DNA of 63,991 nucleotides, filler included, from Choristocarpus tenellus KU-1152 (taxonomy: Eukaryota > Protista > Phaeophyceae): assembly GCA_964200185.2 (NCBI GenBank). It is 12 parts of 12 records of this genome, joined end to end, with 100 filler letters (N's around TTAATTAATTAA, not from the genome) between each part and the next. Parts side by side here need not be neighbours in the genome. Positions count along the whole stretch, not along the records: positions 11,552 to 20,734 come from CAXNAD020003905.1; positions 20,835 to 24,798 come from CAXNAD020016899.1; 10 more parts are not named here. One strand, written 5' to 3'. A model generated the notes under the pieces. It saw nothing but the letters and a program-made list of their open reading frames with translations. It made no database searches and was not told where the DNA came from. How positions within the stretch are numbered: the stretch's first letter is position 1; each line of letters starts with the position of its first letter. The translations under genes and the position numbers were made by a program. Of the stretch, positions 12,536 through 24,898 are shown piece by piece.

Positions 12536-12831
12536 CTGTTATCCTCCCCTGACCCTAACCCTAACCCTAACCCCCCATCATCATGCCCATAACCTTGTAC
12601 TCAACCTCCGTGAAAATATCAAAACAGCTCTTTGATGCAAGAGTCTACATGGTCTACACTGCAACGCAGAAACAGTGTACCCTTCATACTTCCCCCCCTT
12701 CTTAAACGTCCCCCATTACCTTCACCCTTACCCTAGCTTGCAATCCTTCTGACCTCGCCCCACTCTATACCACCCTCATTCACTCCTGACTACACAACTG
12801 TGTTGTTGCATCTTTGTTTGTTTGTACCCAG

Positions 12832-15184
12832 GCTGGTGTGAAGAACATGCGCACCACTGAGTTTTTCCAGGGCAACATAACCCGCTGGGGGGTGGCCTGG
12901 TCCTTCTCCAGGGAGGGCATGGTGGGTGACAAGGTATGAAATGCTGTAGTTTGTGGTACGCCTGTTTGGCAACCAACACCTCTACCTTTCTTGGCCAGGC
13001 TTGCAACCAGGCTGATCAACCGCCATTGCTCCAATCCATCTCATTGGTGTATGCATGGCGTTTGCCTTGTTCTCGTTCACTCTCTAACATTCTACCGCAT
13101 AATATATATTTTTTCATATGCTTGCGTTATTTGTTGTTGGGGGGAGGGGGAGGGGGAGGGGGAGGGGGGGCTGTTTTTTGTTCATGGAATTTGTAGCAGT
13201 GTTGCAGTACTTTGAGTGTACTCTTGACTTCTTTCAACAGTCTGTACAACAACTCATTCCTGCTTACGTATCCATGTGCGCATGTGTGTGTGTGTGTGTG
13301 TTATTTGAGTGTGTTATTTGAGTGTGTTATTTAACTATTTTAAATATTAACTACTTAAATGCTTTGTGTACCTACCTACATTTGCCAGGTGCCAGATGAC
13401 CCCAACATCAAGGTGCTTTCCAAGCGTAAGGTAATGCAACGGACCCAACAGCTGCAGAGCCCAATCAGCTTTGTCGTACCCCTCAGAGCTACGAAAGGAA
13501 ATGCCGCAGGGGTGGGTAGTGGAACAGAAAGTGAACAAGGGCGCCTGGAGGGCAGCAAGAGCAATGGAGGAGGAAAACCCGAATGTGCTACTATTGTTGC
13601 ACCTGGTAACCTTCCCAAGGATGGCAGTGAGGTGCTAAGGAGGATGAGAGAGTCGTTTGCTTCACATAAACATGTGAGGAGGGTCTTGTGGATGTGGGGA
13701 GTTGTGAGATGGGGGTCGTGTGGACACAGGGAGTCTCTCCGTTGTGTTGAGCAAGTAGAGGAGCTCGAAATAGAAACAGTAAGGTTGTGTGCTGTTCAAT
13801 CTTGTGTCCCTGCCAAGCAAAGGTGCCAGTAACCCATGCCTCCATGTATTGTGAAAAATCATTAGGACTGAATGTGTGGATCGTTGCGATGTCCTTCCTT
13901 CTGAAGCACCTCTTTGGTGTTTTTCTTGTGTGTTGTACTAATTTTCTCAGGGACTCCTCTGTTTGTTCCAGCGATAATATGTATCACGGTATGTGTGTGT
14001 CTGTGCAGGTGTGGAGTATTTTTCAATGCATACTCTCTAAAACCTGAGTACATTCATTTTTTGTTGTTGTGATATTTGTCAAGGCCACTCTCTGGCTGTT
14101 TGTTCGACTTATAGGGTTAGGGTAAGGAAGTGGGACAATATCCCTGAGTCTGAATTATTTCCAACATCATTGTAGTGCATTTCTTAGTGAGAGGTACACC
14201 ATCAAGCTCTTGGGCCCTCTTAGGTTTATACACAAGAGCATAATCTTTACTCTAAAAAAATAAGCTGTTGTTGAGTCTCCAGTGCGTTGAACCTTCCCAT
14301 TGTTTTTAGTAAGGCTTGCACTGCCCAATGAATGAGTTGTATTTTGTCCTGAATTACATCTCTTGAATTATTTCTGCTGATCGTTATTATGTTGGTGATG
14401 CTGGGTCTGTCCCATTTGGGACCAAGCATTTCCCCGTGGATTGTCCAATTACACCCTTATACCATGAGGCTATCGTAGGTCAAAAGTCTTTCCTTGAGGC
14501 ACAGTAAGCACTTGTTCCTGCCATGATATCATCCTTCCTGTATCAGATGGCATCTCCTCACAGCCTGCCTCAATCACACAATACTTACCGCAACAAATGA
14601 AATAACCTCATCAACCCCTCCCCCCCCCCCCCCCCCCCCCCCCAACCCCCCCAGACGCGACAACTCGCACCCCCCCCCCCCCCCCCACCTCCCCCCTCCC
14701 GAAATCCCAGGTCGAGATCAAGCTGGAACCCTCCATCTGCCCAGGCTACAACAACCCAGGTAAACTGGCTACGGATAGGGAGGACATCAGAGAAGAGGAA
14801 GAATTGCAATCTGGCCAAGGGACACCTGCACAGTTTCATGCAACTGCCACCCCTGTAGGAGCTGGGCATGGGAAATTGGATAAGTTTAGCTTTGAGATCG
14901 AGTTGTGTGATGGGCCATTAGTATGTCCACTAGAATCAAAACAGGATAAGGGGGGTAGTGTAGGGGGAACCCAAGAGGTGCAGAGGGCAAAAGGGCCAAA
15001 GGTGGTGAAAGTTTCGGCACTGTTTGGGGAGGGGGGAGACAAAGCTGGCTTCCATCGTGTGTGGGATGTGTTGCAGTTGGATTTGCTCCGACAGAATCGA
15101 AAATGGAGGAGGGCAATGGTCACAAGAGATGAAAGCCGGTGTGCAGTAGAAGGGTCTGGAAAGGGGTTAAAACTGGGTGTCTGA
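12832..15184 (+). CDS. METTL16: 3' part of METTL16-family RNA N6-adenosine methyltransferase; exons 12832-12933, 13389-13673, 14711-15184
   Basis: Exon AGVKNMRTTEFFQGNITRWGVAWSF matches the METTL16 'TEFxQGxTxRWxxAWSF' motif. Phase-0 GT-AG junctions lead to a final exon ending ...LQLDLLRQNRKWRR...LGV*. Confidence 0.8.
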
Positions 15185-16286
15185 GGAGGGGGGTCTGCAC
15201 AGGATTGATAAAATTGAGGAGTGTTTGTTGGATGTATTGGTGCCATCTTGTCAATAGTTGTGTGGATAATGTTCGTTGTTTTATACTGTGACCAAAAGAG
15301 GACTTGCCAGAGAGGGCAGTGGATCGTCCAGTAAATAGGATTGCCCAGCAGGCACCTGCTCTTGCATGGACATACCGCACCTCGCACACCTGCATGTAAG
15401 TGTGTCAGGGACTCTCTCCTGTAGCCTGTTTTCTTCCAAATAACGTGTGCCATCAAAACTGGGACTTCAGAACCATCTTATCTTGCATGGTAATACTTTC
15501 TTATTCTTTAGCTCAAGTCAATACGATAAGTAAATTGTGGAGGGGAACAAAACCCAACCCCCAAAGCTACGTAACTCACACACACTAGGAGGGACCCCCG
15601 ACATAAGTCCTTGAACCTTTTAAGGGTAGTAACATTATTGATACTCCTTTTGTCTCATCTTTGCGTACCTATAGTCCAGTGTCCACAGATGGATACAATC
15701 AAGGAATATATGTGTGTATGTGTATGTATATATTTATTTTTTTCCAAATAAGAAAAATGAGTCTGCTCTCAAGAACTGGATGGGGCAACCCATAATGTAG
15801 ATCCATCATGTCTCCCCAACCCCATCCGTTGTAATAAGAGGACAAAACAAGGGTGAAGCATAGAGGAGGGGAGAGGAATGAAAAAAAAGGACCAAAACTT
15901 CAAGATCTGGATACATGAAGCTGCTGGAGAGCTCAAAATACACGATGCCTTCATACGCAATTCCACACTTATGTGCAATCTTGTGTACTAATCTTATTTT
16001 TGACACACACCATTGTTGTGTGTAGTAAATACCCGTCCTTCAATTTCTACACACCCCTCAATTCAATCATTACAATAACTCACAATATATTCCATTTTGA
16101 AGAGTTTGAAGGTAATGCATGGCACACCACTAAAAACACCAATGTTCCCCACCAAACACCTGCCCCAAATTCCATGGTCTGCGTTACACATTACACCCTA
16201 CAAAGTGTTGAAGATGGAACCATTTCAACTCCAGAGAAACCTAACCCTAACCCCAACCCCAACCTAAACTCTCACGCCAACCCCTT

Positions 16287-19200
16287 TTAAACTTCCTCTT
16301 CCCACTCTCCCCAACCTCCAGACTTCTCCCCTTCCCCACCACTTCCACGGACGTCATCCAACTTCCGTTCTCCCAAGTCTGTGGCATCCCTCAGCCTTCC
16401 CCTGTCCTCCCCCTCTCCCTGCTTAATATTACTGTGTCGTATTCCTCTATCCTGTATCCCAGCAAGCCCTCTCCTGGCTTCAAAGTCTCCCTTCTTGCGT
16501 GGAACAGAAGATGCTTTCTCCTCAAGGTACCCCATCACCCCCAAGAGTCCCTCCCTTGGCTCATCTCCTCTCCACCAGGATGCAGACGGGGAACTGAGTG
16601 GAGCAGGACCCTGACTATCCCATCGAAGGCGGCAAGGAGGGGAGGAGCCACGCCTATTGCTTGACCACTCCCTATTCTCTGTCCTCATACTCCTATCTTG
16701 TCTAGTTGTCCGCCACCCATGCCCTTGTCCCTTCCCTCGCCCTTCTTGTCCCCCTCGCTTCCGATCAGCATCATTTCGGACAGGTTTGGGGGAATGAGGA
16801 TGGGCCCACGCCCTTCCTTTGCTTTGCCCCTCCTGTCTCCCTTGCTTCCGATTTGCATGATTTCGGACAGGTGGAGGGGAGCGAGGATGGGATTGTGGGA
16901 TAGGGGCCCGCCCCGCCCTATCTTTGTCACCCTTCCTCTCATTCTTTGGTTCTTCTTCTGACTTCCACCGCCCCTCTCCCCCACCATCATTTTCTATAGC
17001 CAGGATGCGGTCCATGACGTCTTGCCTGACAGGAACATCCCACGAGGCCATGAGCAAGCGAACCTGGGCAGGGGTGGTCATTCCAGCAGAGGGCAGAACA
17101 GGGCACAAGAGGGCACAAGAGGGTGAAGTTTGTAGACAAAAAAAAAGTAAAGCGAGGCTGGACAGGGAGGACAAAACCTTCCAGAAGGTTGTACTGTTGA
17201 CCAAAGGCTGAAGTAAATTGGCGCAATGGTAGTGATGCTGTGGATGTGTGAGTCCAGAAGAAGCACCCATTGGTGGGATGTGAAAAAGCACCAAAGATCC
17301 TAGTTAGCTCTCTCTCTACAGGACTGTATGAATCTTTGAAACACATATGATGACCTTTATGGAGAGACTTGACACAAATCCTGTCGTCAGAAAGGTTAAA
17401 TTTCAGACAGAATACTTAACTCGCCAAGCAGGAGATTCTGCCACTTGAGCTAGCATGCAAACCATTCAAGTTAATGTCTTAACACCTCAGCATTGATGTA
17501 CATAACTTTTCACTACAGAGGTGCATCAAATATATACTTCACACCTGGTGAAATTCACACACCCCTTTCCACCTGCATCCTTGGAGTCTCACACAATCAC
17601 AAGATTGCAACGGTGATGGTGTAACTCTCACATCAAGGCAAGGCAAGGCAAGGCAGTGGCAGTTATATGCCCCTGGCACAATGCATGCATTAGGTCGGAT
17701 GTCGCAAACAACATGGCCAACAATACACCCACTGGTGTAGCCCTGTTGGCATGCCCTACCTAGCCGTGTCGACTGTGTCCTCCAAGCAGATTTCAAAATC
17801 CACACACCCTCCCCTTTGCCTGCAGTAACAGGACCCCCCTATGTATTCTGTGTTGTTCCAGATTCCACCTCACTTTCTCCTAAAACATAGTACACACAAA
17901 GAACAGGCTTCTACCGTCTCCACCAGGGACCTCGCCAAGGATACATCCACATACATCAAAAAGTGAACCCTAGCACTTGATGCTTGCTGCTTGCATGTCC
18001 TTGCTCTAGGAAGGACACTCTTTTTTCCGTACCAAGGGCAAAAAAGAGCTGTCGCCATCAGAAACAGACGCAGCAAGCTGTAAGGTGCGATGTGTAGGTA
18101 TCGAACACTATCTATCGCCTTCGCTGTGAAGGTAACTCCCCTCCCCCTCCCCCTGGGCAACATATCCGGCCAAAGAAGTAGAGGCTTGTCAAATTTGTAT
18201 AGAAAAGTATGGAGTACTAAAAAGAGAGGGTAGATCCTGTGACGCCACAGGAAGGCGTGCTCCTACGGGCAAAGGGAAGGACAATCGGACCTGTAAAGTC
18301 TGCATTAAAGATACAGAAAACATACCATACCTAGCTTTGGCGAACCAACAGGGCTACCGCAGTGAGAGCATCGTTGGCCACAGCATCGCTTTCCCCCAAC
18401 CTCATGTCTGCATGGTACCAGCTGCATTTAATTACCAGCCAGTAGTTTTTGAGGCCACTACCACTGCAATCTCACCAACTGCATGAAGAGTCCAAGGGTA
18501 CTGACAGAGAGGTGTCAGCAAACAAACCTCACCCACAATAAAATAATAATAATCCCAACGACAGACGTCCTCTGCAGACAAAGGTGAAGTAGTACCTAGT
18601 ACCTAATTAATGTTTGGGAGTACAACAAACTGCTCACTCGGTGGTCCACAACTCCAAAATCTGATACGCCCACAAAAAATATGGAACAGCCAAGTTCTAG
18701 GGCTTTCAAACCACACTGTGGTTCTTTACGCATCTGACTTGTCCTGAAAAATGGTGATTTTTTTTTCTTTGTGGACTTGTTCATGTGGTGGTAGGTGGGA
18801 AATGGTTGAGAGGGTTTAAGGGAAGCAGGGAGAGGAGGGACCGACAATGACGGCTTGTGGCAGAATGCCACTCAAGGAGGGATGGGATGTCAGGTAACAA
18901 ACCCATCTACTCTAAATCACACAAAATTTGTAAACTTAGCTGATGACAACGCTATTGTTCAACTCCCCTCATGCAGTGATGTTTACCTTCCCTCCCAACC
19001 ATCCTTTCCTTGTCCCCTGAAGAAACATCTCCAAACCACATGCTGTAAAAGTTGAACAACAGTCATTACAACAGTGATTTGGTTGAAATATATGCATTGA
19101 AGCAATTGGGAAGAGGCCCGGCGCTCTAGATCCTGCCATAGGATCGGTCCTCCTCACCATCCTCATCTTCCCCCCTCCCCTTCACCACCCTCACCTTCTT

Positions 19201-19356
19201 CAGGCTATCCCACAAGCGACAAGCAGCAGCCGCTTCAAGCGCCAGGTGCGCTAGTTCTTCACCAGTCTCCTTTCCCACATGATGTCCCAGGCCCCACATG
19301 AGGCACTTGTATGTTTCCTTCCCCATGTTCATCTCCAGACATGCTTTGGCCACAAC
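16287..19356 (-). CDS. Unknown multi-exon gene, 3' part; clearest exons ~19356-19195 and 17063-16287
   Basis: Helical exon VVAKACLEMNMGKETYKCLMWGLG...LWDSLKK|gtgagg. Long terminal exon after cccag: VRLLMASWDVPVRQDVMDRIL... followed by an R/G/E-rich disordered tail. Intervening exons unresolved. Confidence 0.4.
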
Positions 19357-20855
19357 CTCCGTAACAGGGGAGGGACGCAGTTTGGGGTGAGTTTGGGTTG
19401 GGGGGAGTTGAGGCAATGATCAAATCAATGCTTTTTGTACCAGCCACGAGATCTTGATAAGCAAGTTTGCTAAGTGCATTATATCAATTCAGGACAAAAA
19501 TAAAGATCCCCCTCTGACCTCAATCCATAGGTTCCACTTGCACTGTCTCTCTCCCCCACTGCCACGAGAAATGCATAATGTAATCATGTGAACACCAAGA
19601 CTGTACCCTTAAACTCGAATATATGTAGTGGAGATCACGCGCTATCACTCCACAACACGGATTTAAATTCATGATGTCACCACCACCTCATCCACACCTC
19701 TCTACACCAGTACCATTTAAAAAAAAAAGGATTTGAAAGAAAGGCCAGAAACTTCACACCCGAACCTCAAAAGCACCTCCCCAGCGTACTTCCTCCAAAA
19801 CACGACATTGTGTCTTCACCAGACCATGTACAACAGCACACCAAAGCCACTGTATATACCATAGACCTTCACAGTAACCATCTATCTGTACCAGCACATA
19901 CTAGTATGCATATATAACCAACACTGTTTTTGCTAGAAGCACGCCTCTTGACTACAAAACTTGTACTACGCCTTGTGATATTAATAAAAAAATAGCACAG
20001 TTAACTCTTTTCCAACCACCTCTTCCCCTCTCAGCATTGCCCCAATGCAACCAAAACATGCCATGACTCCCATGCACAATAGCCGCCTATCACAACACAA
20101 CGCTAACCTAATTGTAAATACTATAGCTGCTGAGAATAGTGACAAAGTGCTACAGTACGTACAGCTACTCTTCCAAAATTGAGGTGCTTCTCTCGATCAA
20201 AATCTCAGCATAAAGAAAATATAGTGGGGGGGGGAAGGGGTACACTTTAACTCAAAACAACCACCACCAACGTTCTGCTCAACCCCTCTTATCCCCTGTC
20301 TGCCTAACCCTCAAGAGCTGTAATGACTCTAAAATTTCTGCTTCTAAACAGCTATAGCACACAAACCTCTTTGGAAGGACCAAAGTACAGCAACAAAGGG
20401 TGGTATGACCTCTCAATAGAAAATGGTGATTCTATCCTACACACAAAGAAATTCATTGCATTGGTGACATAACTCATAGGCAACCATAAAAAAAAAAGAA
20501 GAGAGAGATGCATTGCTAAAACCCCGACACTGACTCCAACTACTCCACCGCAATACACCCCTGTGGTATAACACATACCTTCAGCACCAAACACAACTAA
20601 TTCGTAACAAAATATTCTTCCACCCCCCCCCCCACCGCCCCAAAACCCATCCCCTCCCCTCAAACCCAACCCCATCTCCAGGAACATTCCTCTCACCAGA
20701 AGGAGTTCCTCACTAGGCTTAACTTGGGCTGCTCNNNNNNNNNNNNNNNNNNNNNNNNNNNNNNNNNNNNNNNNNNNNTTAATTAATTAANNNNNNNNNN
20801 NNNNNNNNNNNNNNNNNNNNNNNNNNNNNNNNNNAAGATACATTTAACGAAAAGA

Positions 20856-21039
20856 GGGTTAAAAGTGGTGGGGGGGGGGGGGGGTGGCGGCTGTCCATTT
20901 GGCGCCAATTTTTCATGTCTCGATTTTTGGGTGATTTGGTTGTGCATGTCGAATGAATAATGTAAGTGAATTTCCTGGTTATATGGCCCAAATGTACACC
21001 CTGGTATAGACCCCTCCCCCCCCCAAGATACTTTGGGTC
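20856..21039. mobile_element. Short (~185 bp) G/C-run MITE sub-family with AAAGTATCT-type TIRs (also 7803-7832, 24699-24798, 45539-45595, 47457-47645)
   Basis: Shared ggggtggcggctgtccattt...gatttttgggtgatttggttgc...ccccagatactttg sequence with inverted ends. Confidence 0.7.
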
Positions 21040-21511
21040 AGATGTACCAATCAATGTTGTTGCATCATCTTTCGAAGACCAATTTATCAACAGAGCAGTG
21101 AACACAGACTCCCCCTTACAACTATGATCGTTGTCTTTTCGTGAGCACCTGTTGATCGACTTGCATTGCGAACCAGATACACCTTTCGTTCATGTCGAAA
21201 CGTTGTGGCTTTGTGGTACTGAGCTGAGTTGTTCTCCATGTTCGCTTTGTTGCGAATTAATTTTGAGGATGCTGAATCATATCAAAAGGCGATACTTCTA
21301 TTGATTTCTTCATACTTGAACACATATAACTAGGATGAAGAAAAATACTCAGATTGTTGGGAGATCTTACAGGTCCAACATGAAACGTGAATCCTACTCT
21401 CTTGCTTCAGCCCTAGGGTTATTAGTCATAGTACTGAATATTTTATATAGTAGAAGTGCGAGTTTCAGAATTCCTTCTCTTCAAGTCAGTGAAAGATGTT
21501 GATCCTGCTCG

Positions 21512-24204
21512 ATGAACACAACTTACTATGGTAATACGACACGACACTTGGTACCCACAGTCCTTGCCGCAGAACGATGCAAATCACAAGCTCGAAAGAG
21601 AAAGCTAAGGGAATGCCATATTGGCATCCTCAGGGAGGGAGATGCCTACGTTGAAGACTCATTGAAAACTACCTCATGCCTGCATACTAGGCAGCAAAAG
21701 TCTTCCCTGTCCTCCTCATCCACAAAGCAAATAATCAAGTCCCTCACAGACTCGGTCTATGATCAGATTGAGCCCTTCAGAAAGGCACACAAATTGCTCA
21801 TAAGGGTAAGTGATTCGATTATCTTATTTGATGAGGATATAGATTGATAGACTCTACCCCCTGGATCATACTGATGCGCACATGTTTGTGAGATACCTTG
21901 CCTATCCATCGTACCAGAACCGAATCAAAATGAAGAACCATCATGTTGGGGCTGAGCGCCTCCGAAGCAAGATTAGGGAAAAAAACACATCACAGGGTGA
22001 GCCGAGCACCTCGGAAACAAGATTGGGAAATATCAAATCCTCCACGTCCAGTTTAAGTCGCATCAAGGGACAGCCCCCCGTTGAAAGACCAAAGGTGACC
22101 TCTCAGCATTCAAAGGGAGATGTTTCCATTCGCGGTATGTATGTCCTAACTTCCAGATCAACCTTTGAACACGGGGATTCAAACACCCGGGGATTCAAAC
22201 ACCCCAATACCATGAAGGGATGCAGTCTGTAGCTCTTAGTAACATATTGCTCGGCTTTGCAAGCACATCAGCATATGTGATCCCCTCCTTAGCTAAAGTG
22301 GCGCCACTGGCAGCAACCATCGAGGGATAAGGCATGTCATAGGGTTATGGATGAATCATGGAAGCAATCAATTCAGAGAGACCTGCAGTGAGAATTGTTA
22401 TTGTTAGATTGTCCTTACCCCTGGAATTTCCATGAAGTATGCACGTGTTCTGATCTTCTGTAACAAATTCCACCTAAACATTGGGCCCATCACAGATAGA
22501 TCGATTCATGTTCTAGGGGGGTATAATTTACATAACTTGTAAATTGTGCATACCATACTGAAAAGGGGAAGGGTAGGGAATAAGACATAGAGTGCAATCT
22601 CCCTGGAAGACTTGTGATCAAGATGCCCTCAAGGGTGCATCAACAACATCCTTCGTCTGTGGCAAGGTTTGAATGGTGCACGGACAAACCTTCATCCCTT
22701 CAAAGAAGACTCGAAGTATTGAATAAATTACTACTCATAACTCTAAGCTGAAGACTTTTGCCTGTACCTGTGTCCTGGCTACGTAAAGAAGGTGTTCTTA
22801 GCAGGGCATTCAACTTGCAAGTCAGAACAAGCATGTCAACACACGAGCCACAGCTGTGAGCAGCATAAGCATACTGGACCAAATGAGGTCTTGTTGTCCC
22901 TCTCTACCAATGGGAAAGACCTTGATGAGGCGTTAACAGTACTTGGTAAAGCGGCACTCGCTCAGCATGAGGGCCGGTGAGCTCTGCTTTTGATCTGACT
23001 GTGTCCACAGCAGAGTGTACTGGCTGGTTGCTGAGTTGATGTTTTTTTGTCTTCCACAGCAACAGTGGTCAGAGGCTTGGAAAAGTGTATCCACTAATTT
23101 CGGCCTTGGAGTCACACTGGGATGTGTATAGTATGTGACACTCTGCACAGAACCCACCACATATTTGTCCCTACGGAGAACAGAGGTATCAACAGAACAT
23201 GTGCCTCTCACCAGTAACGAGGATATAGCATAAGGGCTCTCTAGCCACAAAGCAGGATGGCACCTATAGATACTCTTACGAGTATGTGCATGGGGTCTCA
23301 ACCACCAGCCACTGTTTGCTGCGGACTAGTGAACTTTAGAGCGAAAGTAAACAAGAGATACCGAGGTTTTGACCTTTTTGCATTTTAAGTCTGTTTTTCA
23401 ATATTTTTCTATTCATCCATAATCCTATGAATGAAGCCTAACTTTGACTCGAGAGTGTATGCTTCTCTATTATTTTTAACGTTTCCGATACAGGTCAGAA
23501 ATTATCCTACACACTTTCGTAAGAAAAGTCGAATTTTGTAAAAAAATGTCAGCATCCTTAAAATGCAGCTCTGGGTACCTCTGACTCTTGTGCTGCACGG
23601 CACATTCTGCATATTTGTTGAGATTCTTGAAAAGGATGGCATACATGCCCCTAAAGTCAACAAGGAACAATACCCAATGAGTGAATAGCCTATTCTTTAA
23701 TACTGTAGCTCTCACACTGGTGGTTCAAACTCCCCTATACTTCCAGTGTTGGCACCAGGGGTTACCTTTCACCAACCGACCCATCAAGAGAGCACCACAA
23801 TGGAGCGAGTTAGAGCGCTTCAACCTACAAACCTAATTATGTCCCTGTACCTCTAGTAGCAACCCCTACCCCATACCCTCTCACGCTATCTCCAACCACA
23901 TCCTTGAACAAAATGACACAAAAAATAGGCTATCGGTTATTTGAGGTCCAATCAAGTTCCCATACTACAGTTTCACCAGACTGTGGCACTGCTATGTGTC
24001 TACCATTATAGTTACAACGATATCTTATTGTTGAGCCCCTCTGTTGCATGGCAGGCCGTTGAACTGCAGCACGAGCCATGACGAGTTCTCCTCGGAAATG
24101 TCTCCTATTGACTTGAGGGACCAGCTTGGACGATCTTTTGGGGTGCATCTCACAGACCTTCAGCTTTCCTCCTTGTTCCACAAACTGGACAGGGACGACA
24201 GGGG
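21512..24204 (+). CDS. EF-hand-like repeat protein, 5' part; exons 21512-21805, 21918-22134, 22805-22976, 24055-24204
   Basis: Four exons joined by three GT-AG introns with matching phases (0,1,2). Last exons read DLDEALTVLGKAALAQHEGR-PLNC...LRDQLGRSFGVHLTDLQLSSLFHKLDRDDRG, a helix-loop with a DxDxxG EF-hand start. The gene continues past the contig end. Confidence 0.6.
23339..23587. mobile_element. MITE sub-family with GAG(T/C)xAAAGTAAACAAGAGGTACCCAG-type TIRs (other copies 46683-47731 and 63299-63820, which carry nested inserts)
   Basis: Shared aaagtaaacaagag(g)tacc and aaatgca(a/g)ctctgggtacctct...gactc ends. Confidence 0.6.
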
Positions 24205-24898
24205 GTAAGCAAGGAATACTAGCTCAGTGCCATATAATTCGAATGAGTAAACCATGTGATAAAATGATCAGTGACAAGCAATTTTCGTTGCCATAACTGT
24301 ATCATTACAATCAACAGACGGTGCTTCTGACTGGGAAAAGCATGTCCTGTCCTAAAGAGAGGTAGTATTTAATTTCAATTTTTTCTCCTCAGGGGAAGTT
24401 TGCGCATTTCTTCATACACTCTAAGTATTTGGTATAACTAAGTCAAAATTTGTTGACAGTAAATGTGGAATAGCTTACAAAGGGATAAACCCATGTCATC
24501 ATACTACTCCTCCGATCTCCGATTTTTGTACCTGACTTAAGTTGACAGTTTTCTGGATTATTTAACCTACTACATGTGACAATATGTTCAATAAAATAAC
24601 CCCGGCAACAATGCCATAAGATTGTCTCAAAGATAAAGGTGGGGAGGGGGGTTAAAAGTATTTTAGGCAGCCCAGAGGTAACAACAGTGTGCTGACCAGG
24701 CTCAAAGTATCTAGGGGGGGGGGTGGCGGCTGTCTAATTGGGGTCATTTATTTAATGTTCCGATTTTTGGGTGATTTGGTTGCATACATCTGATGGATNN
24801 NNNNNNNNNNNNNNNNNNNNNNNNNNNNNNNNNNNNNNNNNNTTAATTAATTAANNNNNNNNNNNNNNNNNNNNNNNNNNNNNNNNNNNNNNNNNNNN

